Below are positions 32,890-41,280 of a stretch of 48,580 nt of DNA, one piece after another. This DNA comes from Planctomycetales bacterium. GTDB lineage: Bacteria > Planctomycetota > Planctomycetia > Pirellulales > Thermoguttaceae. Each line of letters begins with the position of its first letter. Position 1 is the first letter of the stretch. Under the pieces are notes generated by a model. That model saw nothing but the letters and a program-made list of their open reading frames with translations. It was not told where the DNA came from and ran no database searches. A program made the position numbers and the translations under genes. The DNA lies in NCBI GenBank assembly GCA_007126245.1, contig SLBP01000069.1, forward strand, positions 1 to 48,580, in the 5' to 3' direction.

Positions 32890-34236
32890 TCAGGCTAACT
32901 GTTCCCGATGCTCGTAGACCTTGACCACGGCGTCGGCGATGTCGTCCATGTCCTCCCGGGTGCCCAGGAGCAGATTCTGGAAGAGACAGACGGCCTGTTC
33001 GCAGAGCGCGTCGTTATCGGGGCACTCGTTCATTTCCCGGCAGTGATCGAGCTGCGCGCGCGAATACATCCGCTGGAAGTTGCGCGAGTTCAGCGTGTTC
33101 TCGAAGAAGGGTTCCCGGTTCAGGCGGCCGTAGCCTCCGGAGCAGGGGATGCCCTCGGCCCGCAGCGCTTCCAGGAATCTGGCCCGCGACACCCCGCCGA
33201 ACTCGTCCTCATGATAACGCAGCGGGTAGATGTGGTAGGCGGCGCGGGTGACGCCGTCGTACAGCTTGTGGGGCGTGATTCCGGGGATCCCCTGGAGTTT
33301 CGAGGTCAGGTAATTGGCATTTTCCCAGCGGCGCCGGGTCTGCTCCTCGAGACGCGTCATCTGGGCCAGGAGGATGGCCGCCTGGAACTCCGCCATGCGG
33401 CACTTGGTCCCCAGGCGGACGTTCCCCGACGGCCATCGCTCGGTTTCCTGGTAGGGGCGGCCGAAGTCGTGGTATGAGAAGGCGCGGTTCATCACCCTGT
33501 CGTCGTCGCCCAGCAAGGCGCCCCCTTCGCCGCAGGTGAGGTGCTTGGAGTTCTGGAAGCTGAAACAGCCCAGATCGCCCAGTGCGCCGCACTTCTTCCC
33601 CTTCCACTCCGCCAGCCACGCCTGGCAGGCGTCTTCCACAACGAGGAGATCGTGCTTCCGGGCCAGGGCGTTGATCCGGTCCATGTCGGCCGGCAGCCCG
33701 TAGATGTGCACGGGCAGGATGGCGCGGGTACGGGGGGTGATCTTGGCCTCCATGCGGTCCGGATTGACCTGGAAGGTCTCCGGATCGGTATCGACCATGA
33801 TGGGCAAGGCGCCGGCAAGGAAGATGGCGTCGAGGGTGGCGACGAACGTGTAGGGGCCCACGAGGACCTCGTCGCCCACGCCGATCTCGAGGGCGTTGAG
33901 CGCCGTAACGAGCGCCATGGTGCCGTTGGTGGTGGCCAGGCAGCGCTTCGTGCCGATCAGCTCCGCATATCTTTTCTCGAACTCCGCGACCACGTGGGAC
34001 CGCGACCAGACGCCGCTGCGGAGCACCTCGAGGACCTGCGCCTCGTCGTGCTGGCGATCCCAGAGGGGCCAACGGGAAAAGCCCGCACTTCGCACCGGCT
34101 TGCCGCCGTGGACCGCCAGGGGGCTCGGGGCGCGGCGGACGCTCGCCTTCGCCGCGGTCGCCCCGGCGACCGTGGCCACCGTGCCGACCGACGTTGCCGC
34201 TACGAACTGCCGCCGAGTCAAACGGGAGGGTTTCAT
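32890..34236 (-). CDS. DegT/DnrJ/EryC1/StrS-family PLP-dependent aminotransferase with twin-arginine signal peptide
   Basis: Track ORF. Tat motif TRRQFVAATSVGTVATVAG. Fold-type-I sugar-aminotransferase pattern: GDEVLVGPYTFVAT, FSFQNSKHLTCGEGGAL. Confidence 0.8.
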   Translation of the reverse strand: MKPSRLTRRQFVAATSVGTVATVAGATAAKASVRRAPSPLAVHGGKPVRSAGFSRWPLWDRQHDEAQVLEVLRSGVWSRSHVVAEFEKRYAELIGTKRCLATTNGTMALVTALNALEIGVGDEVLVGPYTFVATLDAIFLAGALPIMVDTDPETFQVNPDRMEAKITPRTRAILPVHIYGLPADMDRINALARKHDLLVVEDACQAWLAEWKGKKCGALGDLGCFSFQNSKHLTCGEGGALLGDDDRVMNRAFSYHDFGRPYQETERWPSGNVRLGTKCRMAEFQAAILLAQMTRLEEQTRRRWENANYLTSKLQGIPGITPHKLYDGVTRAAYHIYPLRYHEDEFGGVSRARFLEALRAEGIPCSGGYGRLNREPFFENTLNSRNFQRMYSRAQLDHCREMNECPDNDALCEQAVCLFQNLLLGTREDMDDIADAVVKVYEHREQLA

Positions 34237-34332
34237 CTCGGGCCCTTTCCTGAATGATTGGGGAGGGGGCGGTGTCCGCGGTTCTCGCGCGGCGCACCCC
34301 GAAGGTGGGACCGGTTGCGGGATCGCCGGAAC

Positions 34333-35295
34333 TCAGGCCGCCGGCGCGCCCAGCTCGCGGGTGTACTGCGCGTTGGCGCCCACCTCGTCGAAATACCAGG
34401 GGAACATCCCCACGATCACGCCGTCGCTCGGTTTGATGTTCTCGAAAGCGAATCGGAAGGCCGTGCGGACCTTCTCCTGGTTCGAGCAGAGCCGTCCGCC
34501 GGCAAGGATCTTGAAGGCCAGGCAGGGCTGCTCCACCTCCCGGAGGACTGCTGCCATGACCTGGGGGTCGTCGCGGAAAAACGGGTAATCGATCTCCAGC
34601 GTGGGGAGGGTCGTCTGCCGGTTGGCCACTCGGCGCGTGAGGAAATAGAAGCTCGCCATGAAGAAATCAACGTCCCAACCCTCGTCGGCGATCCGGCGGA
34701 CGCAGTCTGGGTTGTGCGCGGAGACGCCGGCCAACAGGCCGCGGTCTCGAACCGCCTTGACGTAATCGTGTACGCTCTGGGAATGGCCCTCGGCGAACAA
34801 CCGGTCGGTGACGCCGCCATGGTGGGCGACGGCGATGGGCCGCGTTGCCTCGATCGCTTCGTCGAGCCCGTCACGCTGGGAGTGCAGGGCGATCAGTCGC
34901 AGGGGCGATTCCCGCTCCTCGAGCCGTCGCAGGTATTCCACCGACTGATCCGAGTAGCCGAACTGGTGGGCCGTGATTCCCGCCGCGGCGCAGTCTTCGA
35001 GGAAGCCGACGGCTCGCTCCGTGGTGAAGTACTCCCGCATGTGCCGGTCCGTGTGCGGCCCCATGTAGGAGTAGCCCATGATGGTATTCGAGCCGGCGAT
35101 CAGCCGGCTGACGCGGTGGGGGCCCAGGGCGATCGTCGGCAGTGGGCCGCCCCCTTCCTCACCGGTCGCGGCGGCGCCCGAGGCACCCCCGCCCATCAGG
35201 CCGGCGGTTGCCGCCGCCGAGAGCATGGCGAGGAATTCCCTTCGTCCCCTCGCATGATCGCCCGATTGGGTTAGGGACACGGCGTCATCCTCCAT
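34333..35295 (-). CDS. hypothetical protein with twin-arginine signal peptide
   Basis: Track ORF. Tat motif GRREFLAMLSAAATAGL. No family recognised with confidence. Confidence 0.45.
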   Translation of the reverse strand: MEDDAVSLTQSGDHARGRREFLAMLSAAATAGLMGGGASGAAATGEEGGGPLPTIALGPHRVSRLIAGSNTIMGYSYMGPHTDRHMREYFTTERAVGFLEDCAAAGITAHQFGYSDQSVEYLRRLEERESPLRLIALHSQRDGLDEAIEATRPIAVAHHGGVTDRLFAEGHSQSVHDYVKAVRDRGLLAGVSAHNPDCVRRIADEGWDVDFFMASFYFLTRRVANRQTTLPTLEIDYPFFRDDPQVMAAVLREVEQPCLAFKILAGGRLCSNQEKVRTAFRFAFENIKPSDGVIVGMFPWYFDEVGANAQYTRELGAPAA

Positions 35296-35551
35296 TCGGT
35301 GTGCGGCTTGCCCGGGAAGGGCCGGCCCGCGTGGACCCGGGGCCTTCCCGCTTCGCCGACCATTCTAGACCTGCCAGCACGGTCTCTGCAAGCACAATAC
35401 GCCCCCGCAGCCGTGGCATCTCCCCAGGGAGCCGGGGGAGTATGTGTCGCCGCTTCGGCGATCGCCCCTACGAGCCGCGGCTAGGGCCCTGCCTTGCCAG
35501 TAGACCGCCATGGCGTTCCAATAGCGGTTTTTCCCTTGGCAGGAGGCGATC

Positions 35552-36643
35552 ATGGACCGCTACCTTGGTCGGCGCGACCGTCTCCGCCGCGGCATGCGGC
35601 GGGCGGGGGCGGAGGCGCTTCTGGTGACGGACTTCACCAACGTCACGTACCTGACGGGCTTCAGCGGCGACGACAGCTATCTGCTCGTGCGCCAGGATGG
35701 TGAAGTGATCCTCAGCGACCCGCGCTACGCCACGCAAATCGCCGAGGAATGTCCCGGTCTCGAGGCGCACGTCCGCCCGCCGGGCCAGTCGATGCTCAAG
35801 ACGATCGTGAAAACGGTGGGGGCCTCCCGGACGCAGCGGCTGGGTATCGAGGGGGACTCGATGACCGTGGCGCTGCGCGACCGCATCGCCGCCGAACTCC
35901 CCCGCGTGACGCTGGAGACCACCAGTGGGCTGGTGGAGCGCCTGCGGCAGGTCAAGGACCGCGAAGAAGTGGCGGCCATCCGCCAAGCGGTCTGGTACGC
36001 GGAAAAGGCCTTCGCCGTGGTACGGGCCCTGCTTCGGCCGGAGAAGACGGAGAAGGCCGTGGCCGATGAGCTGGAGATGCAGATCAGGTCTTTCGGGGCC
36101 GTGGGGTGCAGTTTTCCCGCGATCGTGGGCGTCGGTGCCCGCGCAGCACTGCCCCACGCGAAGGCCACGGATCAGCCGATCGGAGCCGCGGATTTCGTGC
36201 TCATCGACTGGGGGGCCAACGGGGGACTCTACAAGAGCGACTTGACGCGTGTTCTGGTGACGGCTAGAATCTCGCCCAAACTCGAGCGGGTGTATAGAGT
36301 TGTGCTCAAGGCACAGAAGGCGGCGATTGCCGCGATCCGGCCGGGCGTTGCGGCGAGCGAGGTCGACCGGGCGGCGCGGCAGGTCATTGCCGAGGCGGGG
36401 TACGGGCGGAGCTTCGGGCACGGTCTGGGTCACGGTCTGGGCCTGATGGTCCATGAGGCTCCGCGGCTGTCGGCCGATTCGCCGACGGTGCTCAAAGCGG
36501 GGATGGTGATGACCGTCGAACCGGGCATCTACCTTCCGGGGTGGGGCGGGGTCCGCATTGAAGACGACGTGCTGGTGACCCGTGAGGGGTGCGAAGTCCT
36601 CACGTCGGTCCCCAAAGAGTTGGACGACGCCCTGGTGCGATAG
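35552..36643 (+). CDS. pepP: M24-family Xaa-Pro aminopeptidase (PepP/YqhT-like)
   Basis: Track ORF, with AGGAGG SD. Creatinase N-domain, then the pita-bread fold with metal ligands (D..D...HGLGHGLG..HE...E). Confidence 0.85.
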   Translation: MDRYLGRRDRLRRGMRRAGAEALLVTDFTNVTYLTGFSGDDSYLLVRQDGEVILSDPRYATQIAEECPGLEAHVRPPGQSMLKTIVKTVGASRTQRLGIEGDSMTVALRDRIAAELPRVTLETTSGLVERLRQVKDREEVAAIRQAVWYAEKAFAVVRALLRPEKTEKAVADELEMQIRSFGAVGCSFPAIVGVGARAALPHAKATDQPIGAADFVLIDWGANGGLYKSDLTRVLVTARISPKLERVYRVVLKAQKAAIAAIRPGVAASEVDRAARQVIAEAGYGRSFGHGLGHGLGLMVHEAPRLSADSPTVLKAGMVMTVEPGIYLPGWGGVRIEDDVLVTREGCEVLTSVPKELDDALVR

Positions 36644-36757
36644 CGCGGCGGCGTCTGCGGGAACCCGGTGTCGGCACGAGAGGTGACGGCGCACCCCGCC
36701 CTATGGTGCGTGGGGTCCCATCCTAGTTCGATCGCGAGGCGACTTGGAGATTACGGC

Positions 36758-37240
36758 ATGGGCGCTTCGTCCAACCAGGACGTGTTCGACATACGGCGGA
36801 TCCGCCGCCTCGTGGAGCTTATGAAGGAATTCGATCTCAGCCAGATCGACCTGCAGCAGGGTGAGACGCGCGTGCAGCTCCGGCGCGGCGGGGAGGTGGC
36901 GGCGCCGGTGCCGCCGGCAGCGGCACCGCCTCCGGCCCCGGCGGCCGAGGTCATGAAACCACCGGTCGTCACCCCGGCTCCCGAGGCGGCCGACCGCGCC
37001 GTGCTGATCCGCAGCCCCATCGTGGGGACCTTCTATACCGCTTCGGACCCGGAATCGCCCCCCTTCGTGAAGGTGGGCGACCACGTCGGACCGGAGACGA
37101 CGGTGTGCATTGTGGAGGCGATGAAGGTCTTCAACGAGATACCGGCCGAAGTCTCCGGGAAGGTGGCGGCGGTGCTTGTCGAAAACGGCGAGCCGGTGGA
37201 ATACGGCCAGCCCCTGTTCAAGGTCGACCCCGACCAGTAG
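36758..37240 (+). CDS. accB: acetyl-CoA carboxylase biotin carboxyl carrier protein
   Basis: Track ORF 36668..37240, with the start at ATG 36758 (GGAGA SD). Pro/Ala-rich linker and biotinylation motif EAMKVFNEI. Confidence 0.85.
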   Translation: MGASSNQDVFDIRRIRRLVELMKEFDLSQIDLQQGETRVQLRRGGEVAAPVPPAAAPPPAPAAEVMKPPVVTPAPEAADRAVLIRSPIVGTFYTASDPESPPFVKVGDHVGPETTVCIVEAMKVFNEIPAEVSGKVAAVLVENGEPVEYGQPLFKVDPDQ

Positions 37241-37305
37241 ATGCTCCAGGACTCGGCTAGGCAGCCGCTCGAGGCGCGGCCGCCCATCTCTTGTAGCGGC
37301 AAACC

Positions 37306-38658
37306 ATGTTCAAACGCATTCTGGTAGCCAACCGCGGCGAGATCGCCCTGCGCATCTTCCGCGCCTGCCGCGAGTTGGGCATCGAGGTGGTGGGCATCTT
37401 CAGCGAGGCCGACCGTGGGGCGACCTACCTGGACCTGGCCGATGAGCGATACTGCGTGGGGCCGGCAAAGGCGGCGGACAGCTACCTGAAGATCGACCGC
37501 GTGATCAGTGCCGCCGAGGTAGGGAACGTGCAGGCCATCCACCCCGGCTACGGTTTTCTCGCCGAGAATGCCCATTTCGCCGAGGTCTGCCGGAGCTGCA
37601 ACATCGAGTTCATCGGCCCTTCGCACGAAGCCATGGCCATGCTGGGCGACAAGAACACCGCCCGGCGGCTGGCCCGCGAGGCCGACGTGCCCACGGTTCC
37701 CGGGAGCGAGGGGCTGGTACAGAGCGAGGCCGAGGCCATCGCCGTGGCCCACAAGATCGGCTTCCCCGTGCTCATCAAGGCCTCCGCAGGGGGCGGGGGA
37801 CGTGGCATGCGCGTCGCGCTGAACGATCTGGCCCTCAAATCGGCGCTCCAGCAGGCGATGGCCGAGGCCGAGGCCGCCTTCGGCAACGGCGACCTGTACA
37901 TCGAGAAATACGTCGAGCGGCCCCGGCACGTCGAGGTGCAGGTGATCGCCGATCACCACGGCAACGTCGTCCACCTCTGGGAACGCGATTGCTCCGTCCA
38001 GCGGCGGCACCAGAAGCTCGTCGAAGAGAGCCCCGCCCCCAACCTCCCCGAGGCCACGCGGCTGGCCATGTGCGAGGCGGCCGTACGCCTGGTGAAGAAC
38101 GCCAATTACACGAACGCCGGCACTTGCGAATTCATCGTCGATACCGAGGGGCACTACTATTTCATCGAGCTCAACGCCCGCATCCAGGTGGAGCACCCCG
38201 TGACGGAGATGGTCACGGGCATCGATCTGATCAAGGCCCAGCTCCAGGTTGCCGCGGGCGAACGGCTCCCCTTCCGCCAGGAGGACATCCACCACCAGGG
38301 CGCGGCGATCGAGTGCCGCATCAACGCCGAGGACACCGAGCACAACTTTCGGCCCAGCCCGGGCAAGATCGAACACCTCGTCGTTCCTGGGGGCTTTGGC
38401 GTCCGCTTCGACTCCCACGTCCATGCCGGCTACACCATCTCGCCGCATTACGATTCGATGATCGCCAAGCTCATCGTCCACCAGCCCACCCGCGCCGAGG
38501 CCATCGCCTCCATGCAGCGGGCCCTGGCCGAGCTGACCATCGAAGGGGTGAAGACGACCGTCCCCTTAGAGCGTAGAATACTCTCGCATTCGGCTTTCGC
38601 CGAGGGGCAAATCGACACGACCTTCATCGAAAGGTCGATTCTCAGTCCAAGCCGATAG
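37306..38658 (+). CDS. accC: acetyl-CoA carboxylase biotin carboxylase subunit
   Basis: Track [23 protein letters not shown]-grasp, [22 protein letters not shown]-like motif. Confidence 0.95.
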   Translation: MFKRILVANRGEIALRIFRACRELGIEVVGIFSEADRGATYLDLADERYCVGPAKAADSYLKIDRVISAAEVGNVQAIHPGYGFLAENAHFAEVCRSCNIEFIGPSHEAMAMLGDKNTARRLAREADVPTVPGSEGLVQSEAEAIAVAHKIGFPVLIKASAGGGGRGMRVALNDLALKSALQQAMAEAEAAFGNGDLYIEKYVERPRHVEVQVIADHHGNVVHLWERDCSVQRRHQKLVEESPAPNLPEATRLAMCEAAVRLVKNANYTNAGTCEFIVDTEGHYYFIELNARIQVEHPVTEMVTGIDLIKAQLQVAAGERLPFRQEDIHHQGAAIECRINAEDTEHNFRPSPGKIEHLVVPGGFGVRFDSHVHAGYTISPHYDSMIAKLIVHQPTRAEAIASMQRALAELTIEGVKTTVPLERRILSHSAFAEGQIDTTFIERSILSPSR

Positions 38659-38771
38659 GCATTCCAGCACCCTCCGTTTCGGGGAGCGGTAGACCGAAGT
38701 ACCGGTATGGCGGTATAATGCTCGCACGAGGCGGCGGCGCACATGATCGAGACGGAGAACGAGGTCCTGCC

Positions 38772-39317
38772 ATGCACCGACTGCTGCTGGCCTTTCGCGC
38801 CTTCTTCCGTATACTCTTCAATCGGGCGCTGGCGGAGCAGATCGAGCCGCTGCTGATCGCCGGGCCCGAGGCCCCTCCGGCCGAGCCGAAACCGGCCCCG
38901 AAGCCGAAACCGCCGCCCAAGCCGGCGGCCCCGGCGCGGAGCGAGGCACTGACGCTGCTGGCCTCGCTCCAGCGCGAAGCCCGCTTCGTCGACTTCCTCC
39001 GCGAATCGCTGGACGATTATGCGGACGCCCAGGTGGGTGCCGCGGCCCGCGACGTCCACCGCGGCTGTGCGGCGGTCGTCGAGCGGTTCTTTGCCCTGCG
39101 GCCGCTCGTCGACGGAGAAGAAGGCAAGGAGATCGAGGTGCCCGGGGGCTTCGATCCGGGGCGCTTCCGCCTGACGGGTAACGTCGCCGGCAGTCCCCCT
39201 TTCCGGGGCCGCATCGTCCATCACGGCTGGGAGGCCACTGCGTGCAACGTGCCCGAATGGACCGGTGGCGAGGCGGCGGCCCGCGTCGTGGCGCCGGCGG
39301 AGGTGGAATTGCCATGA
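38772..39317 (+). CDS. DUF2760-like protein (N-terminal amphipathic/hydrophobic helix, Pro/Lys/Ala-rich linker, conserved C-domain)
   Basis: Track ORF 38718..39317, with the start at ATG 38772 (MHRLLLAFRAFFRILF...). The DUF2760 assignment is from memory of that family's pattern (LAFRAFF...; ...LLASLQREARFVDFL..E......DAQVGAAAR.VH.GC). It should be confirmed by HMM. Confidence 0.55.
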   Translation: MHRLLLAFRAFFRILFNRALAEQIEPLLIAGPEAPPAEPKPAPKPKPPPKPAAPARSEALTLLASLQREARFVDFLRESLDDYADAQVGAAARDVHRGCAAVVERFFALRPLVDGEEGKEIEVPGGFDPGRFRLTGNVAGSPPFRGRIVHHGWEATACNVPEWTGGEAAARVVAPAEVELP

Positions 39318-39342
39318 ACGGAGGCAGCTCGAGGAACGAGGG

Positions 39343-41139
39343 ATGACGAAATCCGGATCCCAGTACGTCATCGGCATCGATCTGGGGACGACGAACTGCG
39401 TGTTGGCCTACGCCCCGCTTACCGAGGAGGCGCCTCGGATCGAGCTACTCCCTGCCCCTCAGTTGGTGGCGGCGGGGACCGTCGAGGCGCGGACCGGCCT
39501 GCCGTCGTTCACTTACCTGGCCAGCCCGCACGAAACCGGCGGCGGGGCCCTCGACCTGCCGTGGGCCGCGGGTCGGGACTTCGCCGTGGGCGAATACGCA
39601 CGCCGGCAAGGCGCCGAGGTCCCGGACCGCACCGTGGGCGCCGCCAAGTCGTGGCTCTGCTACAGCAAGGTCGACCGCCATCAACCGATCCTGCCTTGGA
39701 ACGCCCCGGCGGAGGTACCGAAGATCTCACCGGTGACGGCCTCGACGCACTACCTCGCGCATCTCGTGGCGGCGTGGGAGGCGGCCTTTCCGGATGCCCC
39801 CTTGGCCCGTCAGAAGGTCGTGCTCACCGTCCCCGCCTCCTTCGATGCTGCCGCCCGCGAGCTGACGCGCGAGGCCGCCCTCGCCGCCGGCCTGCCCGAG
39901 GGACTCGTCCTCATCGAGGAGCCCCAGTCGGCCGTCTACGCCTGGCTGGCGGCGATGGGCGACCGTTGGCGGCGCCGCCTGACCGTGGACAACACGCTGC
40001 TGGTCTGCGACGTCGGCGGCGGAACGACCGACCTGACACTCGTCCGCGTTGGCGAGGAAGGGGGCGAATTGGTCCTCGACCGCATGGCGGTGGGGAACCA
40101 CCTCCTCGTGGGCGGCGACAACATGGACTTGGCCCTGGCCCATTTCGTGGCCGGCCTCTTCGCCGAAAAGGGCGTGACGCTGGATCCATGGCAGTCCGTG
40201 GCCCTGTGGCACTCGTGCCGGGCGGCCAAAGAGGCGCTCTTCGCTGCCCACGGCCCCGAAACCCACACCATCTCCGTGCTCGGCCGGGGGAGCAAACTCG
40301 TCGGGGGTACGGTCTCCGTGGAGGTCGACCGCGCGGCAGTCGGCGAGTTGCTCCTGGAGGGTTTCTTTCCGCAGTGCACCTTGGGTGAACGGCCCGTCCG
40401 GCGGCGGGTCAGCGGCTTCGCGGAGATCGGCCTCCCCTTCGAGTCCGACACGGCCGTGACCCGTCACCTGGCGACCTTCCTCTCCGCGCACGGCGAAGAC
40501 GGCGGGGCCGTCTACCCCAGCCATGTCCTCTTCAACGGGGGGGTCTTCAAAGCGGCGCGGCTCCGCGAGCGGCTCCTGGCCACGCTCGCCGGTTGGTTTT
40601 CCGGAGAAGAAGCTCCCGCCGTTCTCGATCCGGCTGCCGATCTGGACCATGCCGTGGCCCGGGGGGCCGCCTACTACGCCTGGGCCAAGGAGGCCGGGGG
40701 TGTGCGGATCCGGGGCGGAACCGCACGGGCCTACTACGTGGGCATCGAGACCTCGGGGCTGGCCATTCCCGGAGCGCCCCGCCCCTTGCGCGCCCTGTGC
40801 GTCGTTCCCTTCGGGATGGAAGAGGGAACGGAAGTGGAGGTCCCTTCTCAGGAGATCGGGCTGGTGGTCGGCGAGCCTGCCCATTTCCGCTTCTTCAGCT
40901 CCCCGACCCGCAAGCAGGATCGTCCCGGCAACCTGCTCCCCACGTGCGCCGAGCTGGAGGAGACCGACTCGATGGAGACCACGTTGCCCGCCGACGAGGA
41001 CATCGAGGAACCCTACGTGCCGGTGCGCTTCCAAAGCCGAATCACGGAGCTGGGAATGTTCGAGCTCTGGTGCGCGGGGACCCAGACCGACAAGCGGTGG
41101 AAGCTGGAATTCAGTGTCCGCGAGGAGGGGGAGGGGTAG
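39343..41139 (+). CDS. Hsp70-family (actin-fold ATPase) protein, short paralog (598 aa)
   Basis: Track ORF 39265..41139, with the start at ATG 39343. Phosphate-1 motif IGIDLGTTNCVLA, EPQSAVYAW, phosphate-2 motif DVGGGTTDLTL, GGDNMDLALA. Confidence 0.85.
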   Translation: MTKSGSQYVIGIDLGTTNCVLAYAPLTEEAPRIELLPAPQLVAAGTVEARTGLPSFTYLASPHETGGGALDLPWAAGRDFAVGEYARRQGAEVPDRTVGAAKSWLCYSKVDRHQPILPWNAPAEVPKISPVTASTHYLAHLVAAWEAAFPDAPLARQKVVLTVPASFDAAARELTREAALAAGLPEGLVLIEEPQSAVYAWLAAMGDRWRRRLTVDNTLLVCDVGGGTTDLTLVRVGEEGGELVLDRMAVGNHLLVGGDNMDLALAHFVAGLFAEKGVTLDPWQSVALWHSCRAAKEALFAAHGPETHTISVLGRGSKLVGGTVSVEVDRAAVGELLLEGFFPQCTLGERPVRRRVSGFAEIGLPFESDTAVTRHLATFLSAHGEDGGAVYPSHVLFNGGVFKAARLRERLLATLAGWFSGEEAPAVLDPAADLDHAVARGAAYYAWAKEAGGVRIRGGTARAYYVGIETSGLAIPGAPRPLRALCVVPFGMEEGTEVEVPSQEIGLVVGEPAHFRFFSSPTRKQDRPGNLLPTCAELEETDSMETTLPADEDIEEPYVPVRFQSRITELGMFELWCAGTQTDKRWKLEFSVREEGEG

Positions 41140-41280
41140 CGGCTGGTGGCTGGTGGACGGTGACTGGATTGGGAGTGGCACGTCCCCGAGTGCCATGGGT
41201 GGGAGTGGCTGGCGTCTGGGCATACGCCACGCTCCAGCCGCCGGTGCAATCGGTAATCCTCTGGTAGACGGACTCTTGGC

